Assembly: GCA_963841915.1 (NCBI GenBank) | Contig: CAWJEN010000006.1 | Span: 192,001-256,000, forward strand | Direction of reading: 5' to 3' | DNA: 64,000 nt | DNA from: an uncultured Planctomycetota bacterium | Lineage (GTDB): Bacteria; Planctomycetota; Phycisphaerae; Tepidisphaerales; Tepidisphaeraceae | Part shown: positions 54,065 to 64,000 of the stretch, one piece after another | Numbering within the stretch: position 1 is the stretch's first letter | Layout of the letters: the number at the start of each line of letters is the position of its first letter | Notes under the pieces: model-generated | Seen by the model: the letters and a program-made list of their open reading frames with translations, nothing else | The model's database searches: none | Told to the model about the DNA's origin: nothing | Position numbers and translations under genes: made by a program

Positions 54065-55598
54065 ATGGCCATCAACGTTTCCGAAATCACCAGCGTCCTC
54101 AAGCGCGAAATCGCCGGCTTCGAAGACCGGCTCAGCGTCAGCGAAGTCGGCACCGTCATCGAAGTCGGTGACGGCATCGCCCGCGTCTACGGCCTCAAGA
54201 ATGCCATGGCCGGCGAACTCCTCGAGTTCGAAGGCGGCGTCATCGGCCAGGTCTTCAACCTCGAAGAAGACTCCATCGGTGCCGTCATCTACGGCAACTA
54301 CCTCGAGCTCAAGGAAGGCGACAGCGTCAAGTCGACCGGTCGACTCCTCGAAGTGCCCGTCGGTGACGAACTCATCGGCCGCGTCGTCAACCCGCTGGGC
54401 ATCGCCCTCGACGGCAAGGGCGACATCCGCACCGGCCAGACCCGCAAGATGGACATCGTCGCGCCCGGCATCGCCGCCCGGCAGCCGGTGAGCCGAGCCG
54501 ATGGCCACCGGCATCAAGGCCGTCGACGCCATGATCCCGATCGGTCGCGGCCAACGCGAACTCATCATCGGCGACCGCAAGACCGGCAAAACCGCCGTCG
54601 CCATCGACGCCATCATCGCCCAAAAGGGCCAGGGCGTGAAGTGCTTCTACGTGGCCGTCGGTGCCAAGGAAAGCTCCGTGGCCAGCGTCGTCGACGTGCT
54701 GACGCGTGAAGGTGCGATGGAGTACACGACCGTCGTCTGTGCCAGCGCCGCCGACCCGGCCCCGCTGCAGTTCATCGCCCCCTACGCCGGCACCGCGATG
54801 GCCGAGCACTTCATGTGGCAGGGCGAAGCGACGCTCGTCGTCTACGACGACCTTTCGAAGCAGGCCGCCGCCTACCGCCAGCTGTCGCTCCTGCTCCGCC
54901 GCCCGCCCGGCCGCGAAGCGTTCCCGGGTGACGTCTTCTACTTACACTCGCGTCTCCTGGAGCGGGCCGTCAAGCTCAGCGACGCCAACGGCGGCGGATC
55001 GCTCACCGCCCTGCCCATCATCGAAACGCAGGAAGGTGAAGTCTCGGCCTACATCCCGACGAACGTCATCTCCATCACCGACGGCCAGATCTACCTCGAG
55101 CCCGACTTGTTCTTCGCAGGCGTGCGGCCGGCCATCAACGTCGGTATCTCCGTCTCTCGCGTCGGTGGCTCTGCCCAGACGAAGGCCATGAAAAAGGTCG
55201 CCGGCTCGCTGCGACTCGACCTCGCCGCCTACCGCGAACTCGAAGCCTTTGCCCAGCTCGGCACCGAGCTCGACCCGGCGACGCAGAAGCAGCTCGACCG
55301 CGGTGCCCGCCTCGTCGAACTGCTCAAGCAGCCGCAGTACAACCCGATGCCGTTCGAGCAGCAGGTCATGGTCATCTGGTCGGCCACCAACGGCCACCTC
55401 GACAACGTCCCCGTCGACCGCGTCGCCGAGTGGGAAAAGGGGTTCCTCGACTTCATCGACCAAAGCCACAGCGAGATCCGCACGAAGATGGTCGACACCA
55501 AGGCCCTCGGCGACGATGTCGTCGAAGGTCTCGAAAAGGCCGTCGCCGAGTTCAACGACAAGGTCTTCGTCCACCGCAACGAAGCCGTCGCCGCCTGA
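54065..55598 (+). CDS. atpA: F0F1 ATP synthase subunit alpha, +1 frameshift at ~54494
   Basis: [42 protein letters not shown] junction. Confidence 0.94.
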
Positions 55599-55843
55599 GC
55601 GGGGTGCGGTAGCTTACACAGACTTAAGGCGGCGAGTTTCGGCTCGCCGCCTTGTTTCGTTGGGGCCAACACCCGAGCACCGCGATGCGCAACGGCGGCC
55701 GCCACGGCGCACGAGTCACAGTGCGCCATCCACCACTACCGCCTTCGCAGTTTCACCCATTACGTCCGCACCTGACGAACGGACCACGACGCAGAAACAC
55801 ATTGCCGCCGACGACCCGCCGACGTACTTTAGAACGCCGCCGA

Positions 55844-55859
55844 TGTTCCACGTGGAACA
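55844..55859. promoter_or_regulatory. parS centromere site
   Basis: Perfect TGTTCCACGTGGAACA. Confidence 0.9.
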
Positions 55860-55918
55860 TTCTGCCCCTCGGCAAGACACCCAAACCCCCGCCGCCGACC
55901 GCCAGCCGGGTCGGCGAA

Positions 55919-55934
55919 TGTTCCACGTGGAACA
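55919..55934. promoter_or_regulatory. parS centromere site
   Basis: Perfect TGTTCCACGTGGAACA. Confidence 0.9.
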
Positions 55935-55941
55935 ATGAGCC

Positions 55942-56331
55942 TCAAACGCCTTCGCCCCCGCCCGATCGGCCGCCGCTGCGCAGCGCCTTATCGACGAGTT
56001 CGCCGAGCCTTCGTCGATAATCTTCCAACGGCCAGGTCTTGTGCCGGCGCGGCACGATGACGAGATCGACTGTCGGCAGCGTGTGTCGCTCGTGCCGATA
56101 CGCCTCGCGGAGCAGCCGTTTGAGGGCGACACGTTCGTGTGCCTTACCGACCCGCCGCGAAACCGTCAGTCCCAGCCGCGGATGACCCAGATCGTTCGGC
56201 CGCACATAGACCGTCAGCGGCCCACGCGATGCCTTGAGCTTCGCGTCGAAAACGGCCCGGAACGCGTTGGCACCCGACAGCCGATGCGACCGCGGGAAGG
56301 TGAGGCGAGATTGCGGGAGGACGTCGTCCAC
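55942..56331 (-). CDS. rnpA: Ribonuclease P protein component
   Basis: FPRSHRL, RLGLTVSRRVGKAHERVALKRLLRE; start uncertain. Confidence 0.88.
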   Translation of the reverse strand: MDDVLPQSRLTFPRSHRLSGANAFRAVFDAKLKASRGPLTVYVRPNDLGHPRLGLTVSRRVGKAHERVALKRLLREAYRHERHTLPTVDLVIVPRRHKTWPLEDYRRRLGELVDKALRSGGRSGGGEGV

Positions 56332-56388
56332 GGTGAAGCATCTATAGCCGCGGCTCTGGCTACACAGCCCACCTGATGTCACTCCGCT

Positions 56389-57372
56389 TCAGTCTTCGCC
56401 CTTGGCGACCAAAAACCGCTCGGCATCCAACGCCGCCTTGCAACCCATGCCGGCGGCGGTGACCGCTTGCTTGTAGTGCGGGTCGGCCACGTCGCCGGCG
56501 GCAAAGACGCCCTCGACACTCGTGTACGTCTGCTCCGGCTGCGTCAGCTTCACGAAGCCGGCGTCGTCCGTTTTTAACTGGCCGGCGAGGAACTTGGTGT
56601 TGGGCCGGTGGCCGATGGCGACGAACATGCCGACGCAGTCGATCGTTTTCTGCTCGCCAGTGTCGGTGCTCTCGACGAGCACACCCGTCACGCCGTCGGC
56701 TTCGGTGCCGAGCACTTCGACGGGCTTGGTGTGCCAGTGGATCTTGATCTTCTCATGTTCGAGCACGCGTTGCTGCATGACCTTGCTGGCCCGCATCTCG
56801 CCGCGACGGACGACGAGGTGGACGACGTCGGCAAACTTGGTTAGGTACGTCGCCTCCTCCGCGGCCGAGTCGCCACCACCGACGACGACGAGGCTTTTGC
56901 CGCGGAAGCGTGGCAACGCACCGTCGCAGATCGCACACGCGCTGACACCCTTGTTGGCAAACTCGGCTTCTCCGGGGATCTTGAGATATTTTGCGCTGGC
57001 CCCGGTGGCGATGATGACGGTGTTGCTCTTCCACTCTTTGCCGTCGGAGCCCTTGAGCTTGAATGGCCGCTCGCTGAGGTCGAGTTCGACGACGTCCTGC
57101 GTGACGATGCGGGTGCCGCAGGTGACGGCCTGTTCGCGCATCTTCAGCATGAGGTCAGGCCCCTGCACACCGCTCGGAAAGCCGGGAAAGTTCTCCACTT
57201 CTGTCGTCCAGTTGAGCTGCCCCAGCGGCAACGTGCCGGCCAGACGGTTCTCTTCGCTGATGGCTCCCTCGTACTCGAGCGGCTTGAGATTGGCCCGGGC
57301 GGCGTAGATGGCAGCGGTAAAGGCAGCAGGCCCGCTGCCGATGATGGTGACGGCTTCGACTTCGTGTTCCAC
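56389..57372 (-). CDS. trxB: Thioredoxin reductase
   Basis: [33 protein letters not shown]. Confidence 0.95.
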   Translation of the reverse strand: MEHEVEAVTIIGSGPAAFTAAIYAARANLKPLEYEGAISEENRLAGTLPLGQLNWTTEVENFPGFPSGVQGPDLMLKMREQAVTCGTRIVTQDVVELDLSERPFKLKGSDGKEWKSNTVIIATGASAKYLKIPGEAEFANKGVSACAICDGALPRFRGKSLVVVGGGDSAAEEATYLTKFADVVHLVVRRGEMRASKVMQQRVLEHEKIKIHWHTKPVEVLGTEADGVTGVLVESTDTGEQKTIDCVGMFVAIGHRPNTKFLAGQLKTDDAGFVKLTQPEQTYTSVEGVFAAGDVADPHYKQAVTAAGMGCKAALDAERFLVAKGED

Positions 57373-57380
57373 GTGGAACC
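57365..57380. promoter_or_regulatory. parS site overlapping the trxB start
   Basis: TGTTCCACGTGGAACC (15/16 match). Confidence 0.8.
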
Positions 57381-57438
57381 ATATACGGCCGCCGGCGGTA
57401 TCGGGTTGGCATCGTCACGCGACCGCTACCGTGGTCGC

Positions 57439-58086
57439 ATGTTCGGTGGATTCATCACGCTTCTGCAGTCGAACCCGCCTTACTACGCGGCGGCGGTCAT
57501 GACGATCATCGTCTCGATCACCCTCCACGAGCTTGCCCACGGCTTTGCCGCGATCAAGCTCGGCGATGACACGCCCGAGTACAGCGGGCACATGACGTGG
57601 AACCCGATCACGCACATGGGTCCGTTCAGCATCGCCGCGGCGTTCCTGGCGGGCATTGCGTGGGGCTCAATGCCGGTCGACCCGACGCGGCTCAAGGGCA
57701 GATACGCCGAGGCCATTGTCGCCGCGGCCGGACCGGCGGTGAACTTGCTGCTGGCGATCCTGGCCTTTACCTCGCTGGGCCTATGGATGCGGTACGGCGG
57801 CCCGATCGGGCCTGCAGACTACCGCACCGAGAACGGCCACATGGTTCTTGAAGTCGTAGGCAGATTCAACCTGCTGTTGTGCGTCTTTAACCTGCTGCCG
57901 GTGCCGCCTCTGGACGGGTCGAAGATCCTGGCGAACTTCAACCGTCCGTATGCCGAATGGACGGGCGATCCTGAAAACCAGGGCATCACCGTCATGCTGT
58001 TCGTGATCTCGTTCCTGATAGCGGGTTATCTGCTGAACCCGCTCATGGTCGTGGCAGGCGGGTACGTCGGGCTGCTTGCGGGGTGA
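57439..58086 (+). CDS. Site-2 protease, M50 family
   Basis: HELAHG, AAAGP, FNLLPVPPLDGS. Confidence 0.9.
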   Translation: MFGGFITLLQSNPPYYAAAVMTIIVSITLHELAHGFAAIKLGDDTPEYSGHMTWNPITHMGPFSIAAAFLAGIAWGSMPVDPTRLKGRYAEAIVAAAGPAVNLLLAILAFTSLGLWMRYGGPIGPADYRTENGHMVLEVVGRFNLLLCVFNLLPVPPLDGSKILANFNRPYAEWTGDPENQGITVMLFVISFLIAGYLLNPLMVVAGGYVGLLAG

Positions 58087-58115
58087 TATGACAATTGACG
58101 TGACGAGCGACGTGA

Positions 58116-58141
58116 AGCCGCAGTCCGTGGGACCGCGGCTC
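58116..58141. repeat. REP-like palindrome
   Basis: AGCCGCAGTCCGTGGGACCGCGGCTC between convergent genes. Confidence 0.75.
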
Positions 58142-58172
58142 ATGGGACGCTGCGTCGTTGAGCGACTTCTTC

Positions 58173-59234
58173 TTACGAACCGCCCCAGAAGTTGGCGGCG
58201 TCCTCGTCGAACGCACGCTCCGGTGCCGGCTCGACGTACGACCACTCCCCCAGCCACGTCTTGAGCCACGCGGGTGGCGTGACGTACGGCGACACATCGG
58301 CGACGACGAGAATTAACGCGACGCCGATCGAGCCGACGACGCCGCTGAGCACGACACCCGCCCACGCCTTCGGCAGACGCGGCACGATCACGGCCAGCGT
58401 GCCCGCGACGGTCGGGATGACGAGCGGGATCGCGTTGAGCTTGCCGAGGTCGAAGCTGACATACCACGAAATCAATGCCGGCGGCAACATCGCAATCGGC
58501 AGCACGAACGCGCCGGCGGCAACCGCTTGGCGAACCTCCGTGAACCGCTCGCCTCGCAGCAGGAACAACACCACGGCAGACCCGAGCGTCGCCGCGACGA
58601 TCGGCAGGAACAGGACGACTGCCCCGTGAAACTCTGCTAAACCGATCAATGGCACGGCAAACATCCCGGCGATGCCCAGGCCAATGAGGTCGCCCGCGCC
58701 GCCGTCGCGACGTCTCGCCGCCCAGTACAACACAACCGCCAGGAGCGTCGACGCGATCGGCACGAGAAAGCCATAAGCGATCGGTTGCCCACGCGTGTCG
58801 CCAAACCGGCTCGGCCACAACACGAAGCCCACACACCCGATCACGATTGCGGCCACGGGCAGCGCCCACGCCTTTCGCGGCAACATCAACGCCGCCGGCC
58901 ACGCCACCAGGAGCAGCAACAACGTCGGCAACAGCCACATCCAACGCGTCCAGCTGAACGCATCGACCGATGAGCCCTCGGCGTCCAACGTCCACGCCTG
59001 CCAGGTCGCAGCAATCGCGTCACGACCCGTGTCGAACGAGCCCGGCTCTGAGACGGCGTGGAGCGGCTGCACAAAGCACACCGCCACGCCAATCAAAGCC
59101 GCGACCGGAACCGCGAAGCAGGCAAGCCGCTCTCGCTTGAGCAGCAACGCAACAAGAGCAATGACCAACCCCAGCCCGGCCGGAATGGCCAGGCCGTAGA
59201 TCGCCCGCTGGAGCATCGGGTCGTTGAGGTCCAT
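58173..59234 (-). CDS. Hypothetical polytopic membrane protein
   Basis: About 10 hydrophobic segments; co-oriented just downstream of the YceI gene. Confidence 0.7.
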   Translation of the reverse strand: MDLNDPMLQRAIYGLAIPAGLGLVIALVALLLKRERLACFAVPVAALIGVAVCFVQPLHAVSEPGSFDTGRDAIAATWQAWTLDAEGSSVDAFSWTRWMWLLPTLLLLLVAWPAALMLPRKAWALPVAAIVIGCVGFVLWPSRFGDTRGQPIAYGFLVPIASTLLAVVLYWAARRRDGGAGDLIGLGIAGMFAVPLIGLAEFHGAVVLFLPIVAATLGSAVVLFLLRGERFTEVRQAVAAGAFVLPIAMLPPALISWYVSFDLGKLNAIPLVIPTVAGTLAVIVPRLPKAWAGVVLSGVVGSIGVALILVVADVSPYVTPPAWLKTWLGEWSYVEPAPERAFDEDAANFWGGS

Positions 59235-59243
59235 CGGCAGAGG

Positions 59244-59870
59244 CTACTTCGCGACGCCCTGAATGCCGAAGTGGAGCGTGATCTCGTCGCTGATGCCACT
59301 GTCGCCCATCATGGTGTTGACGCCGAAGTCACTGCGCTTGATGGTGAAGGTGCCACCGATGCCCATGCGATCACCGCGTGGCGTTTGACCTGAGGCCAGT
59401 TGCTTGAGCGTGACCGCAATCGGCTTGGTTTCACCGGCCAGCGTCAGCTCGCCCTGCATGGTCATCGTGCCGTCACCGTTGTCGCTGGCACCGCTGCCGA
59501 CGAAGCGAACCGTCGGGTACTCGGCGGCCTTGAACCAGTCGGGTGCCTTGAGGTGGCCGTCCCGCTGTTCGTTGTGCGTGTCGATCGACTCCATTGGCGC
59601 GACAACGTCGACCTCGAGCGACGCCGGGTCGCTGCCGTCGTAGCTCAGCGAGCCGCTGTACTGCGTGAACATACCGAAGAATGGGCTTTGGCCCATGTAT
59701 ATCGCGCTGAAGACGATCGTTGAGTGGACCGGGTCGACGGCGTAGCCCTTGGCTTCCTGCAGGACGGCGGCCTCGGCGGCGCGCGGCTGCGGGAACAGCG
59801 TAACGCCCGCCACGCCGACGGCGAGCAGGCTGGTGACGACAACGCGGGAGACGAGGGCTTTGGAATTCAT
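59244..59870 (-). CDS. YceI-family lipid/polyisoprenoid-binding protein
   Basis: VDPVHS, SIDTHNEQRDGHL, GELTL, IKRSDFG; signal peptide. Confidence 0.9.
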   Translation of the reverse strand: MNSKALVSRVVVTSLLAVGVAGVTLFPQPRAAEAAVLQEAKGYAVDPVHSTIVFSAIYMGQSPFFGMFTQYSGSLSYDGSDPASLEVDVVAPMESIDTHNEQRDGHLKAPDWFKAAEYPTVRFVGSGASDNGDGTMTMQGELTLAGETKPIAVTLKQLASGQTPRGDRMGIGGTFTIKRSDFGVNTMMGDSGISDEITLHFGIQGVAK

Positions 59871-60097
59871 AGCTGTGACTTGCGGGATTATCAATGACGC
59901 CGAAGCTTCGACGCCGATCTATGCAGCCTACTGACGAATCGGCAAGTCGACAACGCACGTTCACCACCAATCGCCGCAGTACCACGAAGGCCCGTCAAGT
60001 TGGTCCAGGCGTGTGTAGAGCTCAGCGGGTGTCACGCGTTGCTATGGCAGTGTTCGCCGGCTTGGCCTTGGCCGAGGCGGCTGGTAGGGTCGATTTG

Positions 60098-60640
60098 ATG
60101 ATCTTCGAGGTGCGTGGTGCGGACAGACAAACGGGTAAGAACCGCATCGCACGCGTCGAGGCTGTCGACGCCGATACGGCAGAGCGACGCGCAGTCGAGG
60201 CCGGCCTTGTCGTGACGGATGTGCAAATGCTCGAACCCGAGCCGATCGAGGAACACGACGAGTCGCCGGACGATGTGGTGCCGGGCTTTGACTTTGCAGC
60301 GCCCGCGGCGACGGCAGCGCCGAAGTCGCTTGGCTACGCGGACAGCGTCGCGTCGGGCGGCGGACGCGTACCCGAGTTTGCGGCCTTGAAGTACTGGTCG
60401 GGCGTGCTGCGCATCGTGGCGATCGCCCTTCTGGTGATCGGCGGGTTCATGGTCCTGGCCGGGCTGCTTTCGTCGCTCGACACGTTGCAGCGTCGTGGCC
60501 TGTCCTTCGACGCCCTGCTCAGGGTGCTCGGCTCGCTGTTCGCAGGCCTCTCTGTGGTCGTCGCCGCCGCGCCGGTGGCGACGCTGGGCTACGCCGCCGC
60601 GGCCTTCCGCGAGCATGTCCGCCGGCATTGGAACGACTGA
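60098..60640 (+). CDS. Hypothetical membrane protein
   Basis: N-terminal FEVRGADRQTG domain, two C-terminal TM segments. Confidence 0.6.
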   Translation: MIFEVRGADRQTGKNRIARVEAVDADTAERRAVEAGLVVTDVQMLEPEPIEEHDESPDDVVPGFDFAAPAATAAPKSLGYADSVASGGGRVPEFAALKYWSGVLRIVAIALLVIGGFMVLAGLLSSLDTLQRRGLSFDALLRVLGSLFAGLSVVVAAAPVATLGYAAAAFREHVRRHWND

Positions 60641-60641
60641 C

Positions 60642-63212
60642 TCACTGCCCTTCGATCGCCTTCTCCCGACGCTCGGCCCGCTCGGCTTCGATGCCGGCCT
60701 CCAGCTCATCGACGCGATCGCGTAGCTCACGGAGCATCGCCGGCTCACTGTCACCGCTGCGGATCTGCTGGATGGCGGCGCGGGCGGTCTCCTTGAGCTC
60801 ATCGTCGGCCGCAGAGTCGGCGAGGCGCTGAAGCGGCTCGACGGCCTCTGTATCGAGCGTGTCGCCCAATGCCCGAACCGCCGCTGATCGATAGCGCGGC
60901 ATCGGGTCGTCGAATCGACTCACCAGAAAGTCGCGAACCCGTTCCTTTGCGTCGTCTTCAAGAGTCGGATAGAGCGTGGCCAGAGCGACGAAGCCGTTAC
61001 GTCGGGCGCGGAAGCTCGTGCCGTAGTCGGCCAGAGCCAGCGACGGCTCGAGCGCTTCGGGCACGCCGAGCTTTGCGAGAGATTCGACGGCAGCCGAGCG
61101 GACGCGGAGGCCGTGGCCGGTGTCGCTCGTTTCGTCCATCAGCAAGGTGACGATGGGATTTGTCGGCTTCTGGTTGCCAAGCCCGCTAAGAGCGGCAGCC
61201 TCGACGTAGAGCGATTCATCCTGCGTCGCGTAGGGCACGAGTGCTTCGGCTGCGGCGACGTGCTTGTATTCGCCGAGTGCCGACACCAGGTTCTGCCGGG
61301 CCATCGGGTGATCGACCGTCGCGTCGACCAGCGCCTGCCGGGCGGCGGCAGTGTCCATGCGGCCCAGCGAGCGGGCCGCCTCGGACCGCTGGCCCCAGTG
61401 CCGATCGTTGTTGTTGAGGATCATGGCGAGCGTCTCGACGGCGCGATCGTCGTCGACGCCGCCCAGCCGATCTATGGCAGCAAGGCGGGCGAAAGGTGTC
61501 GGCCCGTCCGTTGCCTGTTTCAGCGTCATTGCCAGCGGCGGGCTGAAGTCGACGAGGCTGATGAGCGAGTTGTTCGGGTCGACGATCACCATCACCGGCT
61601 CCTCACCGGTGGCGAGCGTTGCGTTGTTCCGCTTTCCATCAAGAGTGACGGTGAACTGGCGGACGTCGCCGTTCTCCATGACGCACCAGACCGGCAGATC
61701 GTGGGCAAAAGCGGGCGTGGCGTTGCTGATGTCCTGCGTCTGGCGGACCGTGAGTGCGACCACACCTGCGTCGGCGTCGTAGCTGTAGCCGATGTCGAGC
61801 TTGGGCGTACCCGGCCGGTAGACCCACTGCTGCCAGAACTGCTCGAAGTCGCGGCCGGTCACTTCTTCGAAGCACTGACGCAACTGGTCGCTTTCGACGC
61901 TGCTCAGGCCGTAGCGGCTCTGGAAGAGCTTGAGCGACTCCCAGAAAGCGTCGTCATCACCGACGGCTTCTCGGAGCATGTGGATGACGGCACTGCCCTT
62001 GCCGTACGGGTTGCAGACGCCACGACGGAAGGTGTCGCCGGGTTGCTCGTAGTAAGGCCAAACCAGCCCGTTGCCTGCGGCAACGTCGTCGGCCTCGGCG
62101 TTGCGACGCATGTTCGTAAAGACCTCGTAGGCGTACTCGTCGCGGCCGTAGTAACTCTCGTGCCAGGCATGGTCGAGGAAGGTGGCAAAGCCTTCGTTGA
62201 GCCAGAGGTGTGCCCAGGTTTTGCAGGTCGTGTGGTCGCCGAACCACTGGTGGGCGAGTTCGTGAGCGACGAGGCCGTCGAGCGTGGAGCCGACGGCGGC
62301 ACGTTCGTTGACGATGCAGTCCTGGTACATGGTGGTGACGGTCGTGTTCTCCATGCCACCAGAGCCGAAGAGGTAGACGACGCTCTGGCTGTAGGCCTCC
62401 CACGGGTATTGGCCGAGTTTGTCGGAGAAGAACTCGAGCATGTGTTGCGTGCGGCCGAACGTGCGTTCGGCGTCGGCGGCACGGCCCGGGGGCACCCAGT
62501 ACTCGATCCGCTTACCACGCCAGTCGTCGGCCCGGACGATGTCGAAATCACCGACCACGAGTGACATCAGGTAGCTGACATGCGGCTTCTGCATGCGGTA
62601 GTGCCACACGCCATTCTCGCCCTCGGCCAATCGCTCACCGTTGGCCAGAACGGACAAGCCGTCCGGCACAGCCACCTTCATCTCGGTCGTCATCCGGTCA
62701 TTCGGATAGTCATGGCAAATCACCCAGTAGCGGTTGCTCTCGGGCTGCCCCTGCGTGTGGACCATCAACGGCCGATCGGGATAGGCAGCGTCGGGCAGAG
62801 CGAACGTCATGCCGTCCGTCGGGTCGACCACCTCGTAGTCGAAGACCAGCGTGTGCTTGCTCCGCGGCGCGAGCGGCTCGGCGAAGCGGACGGTCAGCGT
62901 CTCGTCGTCGTAGCGGTAGTCGACGTCGTTACCGTCCGCGTCCGTGACGCTGAAGATCGTCATGCCGACGGCGTCGAGGTCGAGCGACCGCAGCGGCAGG
63001 GCCAGCGTCGTGAAGTCGAGTCGCTCGGTCGCCCGGAACCGCCTGGCCGTCGGCACCATCGCGATATCGAGGGCTAGGTGCGTGAAGTCGACCTGCGGAC
63101 TCGGCGGAATCTGCCGCGTCGACGCTCCGGTGGCCGGGTCGACGCCTTGGGCAGCAACAACGGAAACTGAGCCCAGCAGGCCCATCAAGACGCAAAGAAC
63201 AACACGCTTCAT
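60642..63212 (-). CDS. M1 family aminopeptidase with C-terminal HEAT repeats, exported
   Basis: GGMEN, HELAHQWFG...WLNEG, YGKG; signal peptide; HEAT repeats. Confidence 0.92.
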   Translation of the reverse strand: MKRVVLCVLMGLLGSVSVVAAQGVDPATGASTRQIPPSPQVDFTHLALDIAMVPTARRFRATERLDFTTLALPLRSLDLDAVGMTIFSVTDADGNDVDYRYDDETLTVRFAEPLAPRSKHTLVFDYEVVDPTDGMTFALPDAAYPDRPLMVHTQGQPESNRYWVICHDYPNDRMTTEMKVAVPDGLSVLANGERLAEGENGVWHYRMQKPHVSYLMSLVVGDFDIVRADDWRGKRIEYWVPPGRAADAERTFGRTQHMLEFFSDKLGQYPWEAYSQSVVYLFGSGGMENTTVTTMYQDCIVNERAAVGSTLDGLVAHELAHQWFGDHTTCKTWAHLWLNEGFATFLDHAWHESYYGRDEYAYEVFTNMRRNAEADDVAAGNGLVWPYYEQPGDTFRRGVCNPYGKGSAVIHMLREAVGDDDAFWESLKLFQSRYGLSSVESDQLRQCFEEVTGRDFEQFWQQWVYRPGTPKLDIGYSYDADAGVVALTVRQTQDISNATPAFAHDLPVWCVMENGDVRQFTVTLDGKRNNATLATGEEPVMVIVDPNNSLISLVDFSPPLAMTLKQATDGPTPFARLAAIDRLGGVDDDRAVETLAMILNNNDRHWGQRSEAARSLGRMDTAAARQALVDATVDHPMARQNLVSALGEYKHVAAAEALVPYATQDESLYVEAAALSGLGNQKPTNPIVTLLMDETSDTGHGLRVRSAAVESLAKLGVPEALEPSLALADYGTSFRARRNGFVALATLYPTLEDDAKERVRDFLVSRFDDPMPRYRSAAVRALGDTLDTEAVEPLQRLADSAADDELKETARAAIQQIRSGDSEPAMLRELRDRVDELEAGIEAERAERREKAIEGQ

Positions 63213-63334
63213 CAGTCCGCAGCCTAGCGGCATCGCTATCTGTGGAGCAGCGTCGTGTCGAGCCGCACGTGACTTCGCTAACGTCGCGACGCCACCAACC
63301 GCGTCGGTGCGGCTGCCATCGCTCAAGATCAATT

Positions 63335-64000
63335 ATGCTTCGCCTGACCGGGATCCATCTTCCGCTCGATCATCCGCCCGAATCCATTGCCGAGGCTGCG
63401 CTGGGCCGCATGCGTATTCCGGCAACCCGGCTCGTCTCCTGCACGATTGCCCGCCGCGCCCACGACGCCCGTAAGAAGTCGGCCATCCTGTTGGTCTACT
63501 CGCTCGATGTGGTCGTCAAGGACGAAGCTGAGGTGCTGGGCCGGTTCGTCGGCGATGCGAGTGTCAAGCCCACGCCCGATACCAGGTACCACTTCGTCGC
63601 CCGCGCGACGTCCGCCACGTCGGTTCGGCCGGTCGTCATCGGTGCCGGCCCGTGCGGCCTGTTCGCCGCCCTGCTGCTGGCGCAGATGGGGTTTCGGCCG
63701 ATCATTCTCGAGCGTGGCAAGGAAGTTCGCGAGCGGACCAAAGACACGTGGGGCCTGTGGCGAAAATCGGTACTCAAACCCGAATCCAACGTGCAGTACG
63801 GCGAAGGAGGAGCCGGCACATTCTCCGACGGCAAGCTTTGGAGCCAGATCAAAGACCGCCGCCATCTGGGCAGGAAGGTGCTGACGGAGTTTGTCAAGGC
63901 CGGTGCACCACCGGAGATCCTGACCGAAGCCCACCCGCACATCGGCACGTTCCGCCTCGTCAAGATGGTCGAGAACATGCGAGCCACCATCGAGTCGCTC
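63335..64000 (+). CDS. FAD-dependent oxidoreductase (COG2509-like), truncated by the window end
   Basis: MLRLTGIHLPLDH..., VIGAGPCG, ILERGK, GEGGAGTFSDGKL; open to the window edge. Confidence 0.85.
   Translation, partial: MLRLTGIHLPLDHPPESIAEAALGRMRIPATRLVSCTIARRAHDARKKSAILLVYSLDVVVKDEAEVLGRFVGDASVKPTPDTRYHFVARATSATSVRPVVIGAGPCGLFAALLLAQMGFRPIILERGKEVRERTKDTWGLWRKSVLKPESNVQYGEGGAGTFSDGKLWSQIKDRRHLGRKVLTEFVKAGAPPEILTEAHPHIGTFRLVKMVENMRATIESL

Overview
GC-rich bacterial chromosomal segment, most likely from a planctomycete (Phycisphaerae-like). This is inferred from the PEP-CTERM/dockerin-like exported proteins, the groEL-groES-groEL-dnaJ-grpE cluster and the ThrS insertions; no database search was run. 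Seven parS palindromes (TGTTCCACGTGGAACA type) suggest an origin-proximal location. Most content is housekeeping: ilvA, thrS, infB, rimK, nrdR, chaperones, lon, murI, argS, a CtpA-type protease, lipA, an Fe3+ ABC transporter, a partial F0F1 operon, rnpA, trxB and an M1 aminopeptidase. Four unannotated or unusual elements stand out. (1) A ~550-nt array of eight ~52-nt hairpin units at 4374-4921 whose stems covary and whose loops and linkers carry 14 anti-Shine-Dalgarno CCUCCUC(C) motifs; G-U asymmetry points to a minus-strand structured RNA. (2) A 15-aa Thr-rich leader peptide with terminator/antiterminator upstream of thrS. (3) A ParA ATPase fused to a glycogen-binding CBM48 domain, next to a degenerate MinD-like partner. 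(4) A ~290-bp cassette carrying two parS sites, present twice about 54 kb apart. Seven single-base frameshifts in six genes between 39.7 and 54.5 kb, including essential ones, are most likely sequencing errors.
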